Of a stretch of 33,222 bases of DNA, positions 31,441 through 33,222 are shown piece after piece. Positions within the stretch are counted from its first letter, which is position 1; every line of letters starts with the position of its first letter. A model generated the notes under the pieces. That model was given only the letters and a program-made list of their open reading frames with translations. It searched no databases and was not told the origin of the DNA. Source of the stretch: Oscillospiraceae bacterium (GTDB lineage: Bacteria; Bacillota; Clostridia; Oscillospirales; Oscillospiraceae); contig JAKSQI010000001.1 in assembly GCA_024404215.1 (NCBI GenBank), positions 1-33,222 of the forward strand, in the 5' to 3' direction. A program made the position numbers and the translations under genes.

Positions 31441-32769
31441 ATGAAGGGATGTTTTGCCAACTTAAATATGAAGAAAAAAGCGACGTATCTTTTTCCGGTT
31501 TTGTTCTTGGCATTACTCTTGCTTATCGCGACTGGGTGCGGGAATGGCGGCGATGACAAGACCGTGGATGTACCGGGATGCTTTTCACGTGAAGATTACA
31601 TTCTCTCAGATACAATTGCCAACGGAACTGCAGATTATGTAAAAATATATTCCGATGTTTATGACCTTTACCCAGATTCAACCACTATTGTTGTCGGTAC
31701 TGTAGAAGATCTTACATATTCCGATGCCGATGGAATTGCCACTACCTACTACGACTTACTTGTTGAGGATTGCTGGGAAGGCAATGTCAAGAAGGGGGAT
31801 AGAATAACTGTTGCCCATAACGGCGGTTTCGTCCGAAATGGAAATACGCTTATTAAGGAAACCATTTACAACACACCGCTCCCGGAAAAAGGTGACTACT
31901 ACTTGTTATTTCTAACGAACTGGTGTTCCGGTACGTACTGTGCCCTAAATACCTTTATGGCTAGATACTATATAAGTAAAGACCAAACTCTTTATCGGTT
32001 TGTTCCAGACGAGCCATACATCAAATCTGAAATGGACCGAGGTGAAGATCCAACCAAATTGGATGAAATGAAGTTATTGGTTCTGCAATTAAGCGAAAGC
32101 TTTCTGAGCAATCAACCGGCTTCATTGGAAGAAAACCTAAATCTGTTGTTGCGGTGGGAACCCTTTTTGGACTCAAATCAAGATTCGCAGTCTTTAACAG
32201 AAGCATATGAGGAGGCCTGCCTAACCTTATTAGAAAAGACCAGACTGGCCGTAAAAAATACAACAGAGAAACCTACCGTCTTAATTTTAAGCGGTGAAAG
32301 TCCGTTTCTGGCAGCAGGCGGTGATACCTTCCAAAATGTAATCATTGAAGAAGCAGGATGCCGAAATGTTATTGAAAATTACAACTGCAAGGGGAACTTT
32401 GTTACGTTAACAGAGAACGACCTGTTACAGCTAAATCCAGATTATATTATTCTGCCAGATACAGCATCGTACCGATTGAGCGATTACCCGCTATTTGAGC
32501 AAATGACCGCCGGTATGAATAATCAAATCATCCGGATTCCCTTTGCCTGCGAGCATGAGTTCTATTCCTTGAATGTCAGCCTCGGCCGAGGTGACTCAGG
32601 GGCGTTTTTGGCTGTGGCCTTTCTCCTAAGCAACATTCACGAGAGTGTCTACAATAGAAACCAGTTCGTAGCTGACGCATATTGTTTTGCAACTGCCTAT
32701 TATGGATATGAAGAAATGTACATTGAAGAAATTGAAGCATATCAGAGACAGTGGGAGGAAACTGCATGA
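31441..32769 (+). CDS. lipoprotein with an unknown N-terminal domain fused to a single BtuF/FhuD-type (Peripla_BP_2) C-terminal lobe
   Basis: GGGAGGG RBS 8 nt before the ATG at 31441. Lipobox LLIATGC. The C-terminal KPTVLILSGESPFLAAGGDTF..VIEEAGCRNV.....G....TENDLLQLNPDYIIL matches the second lobe of class III binding proteins. Confidence 0.75.
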   Translation: MKGCFANLNMKKKATYLFPVLFLALLLLIATGCGNGGDDKTVDVPGCFSREDYILSDTIANGTADYVKIYSDVYDLYPDSTTIVVGTVEDLTYSDADGIATTYYDLLVEDCWEGNVKKGDRITVAHNGGFVRNGNTLIKETIYNTPLPEKGDYYLLFLTNWCSGTYCALNTFMARYYISKDQTLYRFVPDEPYIKSEMDRGEDPTKLDEMKLLVLQLSESFLSNQPASLEENLNLLLRWEPFLDSNQDSQSLTEAYEEACLTLLEKTRLAVKNTTEKPTVLILSGESPFLAAGGDTFQNVIIEEAGCRNVIENYNCKGNFVTLTENDLLQLNPDYIILPDTASYRLSDYPLFEQMTAGMNNQIIRIPFACEHEFYSLNVSLGRGDSGAFLAVAFLLSNIHESVYNRNQFVADAYCFATAYYGYEEMYIEEIEAYQRQWEETA

Positions 32770-32979
32770 AGCTAGCATACCGCATTATCTATCGTTGTTT
32801 ATTGATAACTCCAGCAATCAGCCTTATTATGTCATTTCACGCAAATGCTGCATACAACTATTGATCGTCATCCATCACAGGCATTGATTACAATTGTCAT
32901 ATTATGACCCTTAATAGAATAGACAGAGAAGTACATAATGGATTAATGGCGCTTTTGGAAAAAAGAATTTAAGATTGTC

Positions 32980-33021
32980 AAAAACAGGCCGGGGAGTATC
33001 GCAAATTTCGATACTCCCCGG
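32980..33021 (-). terminator. intrinsic terminator of the partial minus-strand gene
   Basis: A 13-bp stem, CCGGGGAGTATCG with CGATACTCCCCGG. On the minus strand it is followed by CCTGTTTTTG. Confidence 0.7.
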
Positions 33022-33051
33022 TCTTAGTGCTGCCCTTGGTATGCAGGCTTA

Positions 33052-33222
33052 CTATTCCGCAGCGGGTGTCTGGTATCCGCACTTGGGGCAGCTGCCGTTT
33101 TCGTTTAAGGCAATCCCGCAAAGGGGACAGCGCACCCGGCTGCCGGAAACTTCAAATTCCTGGCTAGTGTTAGAGCCCAGCGAAAACAACCATTTTGGGC
33201 TCACAAAAAACAGCCAATTTGA
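33052..33222 (-). CDS. C-terminal part of a zinc-ribbon protein (5' end outside the window)
   Basis: The frame is open from the window edge to a TAG at 33054-33052. It ends ...RVRCPLCGIALNENGSCPKCGYQTPAAE (CxxC-N10-CxxC). Confidence 0.4.
   Translation of the reverse strand, partial: SNWLFFVSPKWLFSLGSNTSQEFEVSGSRVRCPLCGIALNENGSCPKCGYQTPAAE

Larger units (their letters stand above)
31013..33050. mobile_element. remnant of an integrated element at the tRNA-Leu 3' flank (AT-rich islet)
   Basis: Composition drops abruptly right after the tRNA terminator. An integrase N-terminal fragment is present. The cargo lipoprotein has atypical composition. No second att repeat was found in the window. Confidence 0.4.

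Overview
This is a 33.2-kb chromosomal segment. It is GC-rich and looks Clostridia-like: sigma-A promoters, GGAGG ribosome-binding sites, and TGA used as a stop codon. Most of it is housekeeping or accessory metabolism: pta, a NUDIX hydrolase, a DUF2284 plus MBL-hydrolase pair, a NYN-domain protein with a very long disordered linker, a MATE-MATE-crotonase operon, a rhomboid protease, a Dus-like protein with an OYE-type reductase, queH, and tRNA-Leu(CAG). Four things stand out.

(1) A candidate cobalt/nickel or corrinoid module spans about 15.9-24.2 kb. A cobalamin riboswitch with its own terminator comes first, followed by a second promoter and leader terminator. Downstream are a fused double SAM-methyltransferase, a five-gene peptide/nickel-family ABC importer, an unannotated 49-aa DUF2292-like ORF, and an extreme His-x-His repeat protein. 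Three promoters in this block carry the same C-tract/G-tract palindrome directly against their -35 boxes. No regulator gene for that site is visible in the window.

(2) A glycyl radical enzyme has no adjacent radical-SAM activase. Instead it is followed by a DmsB-like four-cluster ferredoxin fused to a beta-sandwich domain.

(3) An apparently intact lysine riboswitch, with its promoter and terminator, sits in front of an nhaC gene that carries a nonsense codon and a frameshifting deletion.

(4) Two AT-rich islets are present. One lies immediately after tRNA-Leu and holds an integrase N-terminal remnant and a chimeric lipoprotein.

A 5 x 14-bp tandem repeat lies upstream of the reductase operon. 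No CRISPR array, rRNA gene or intact transposase was seen. All family assignments come from reading motifs by eye, not from database searches.
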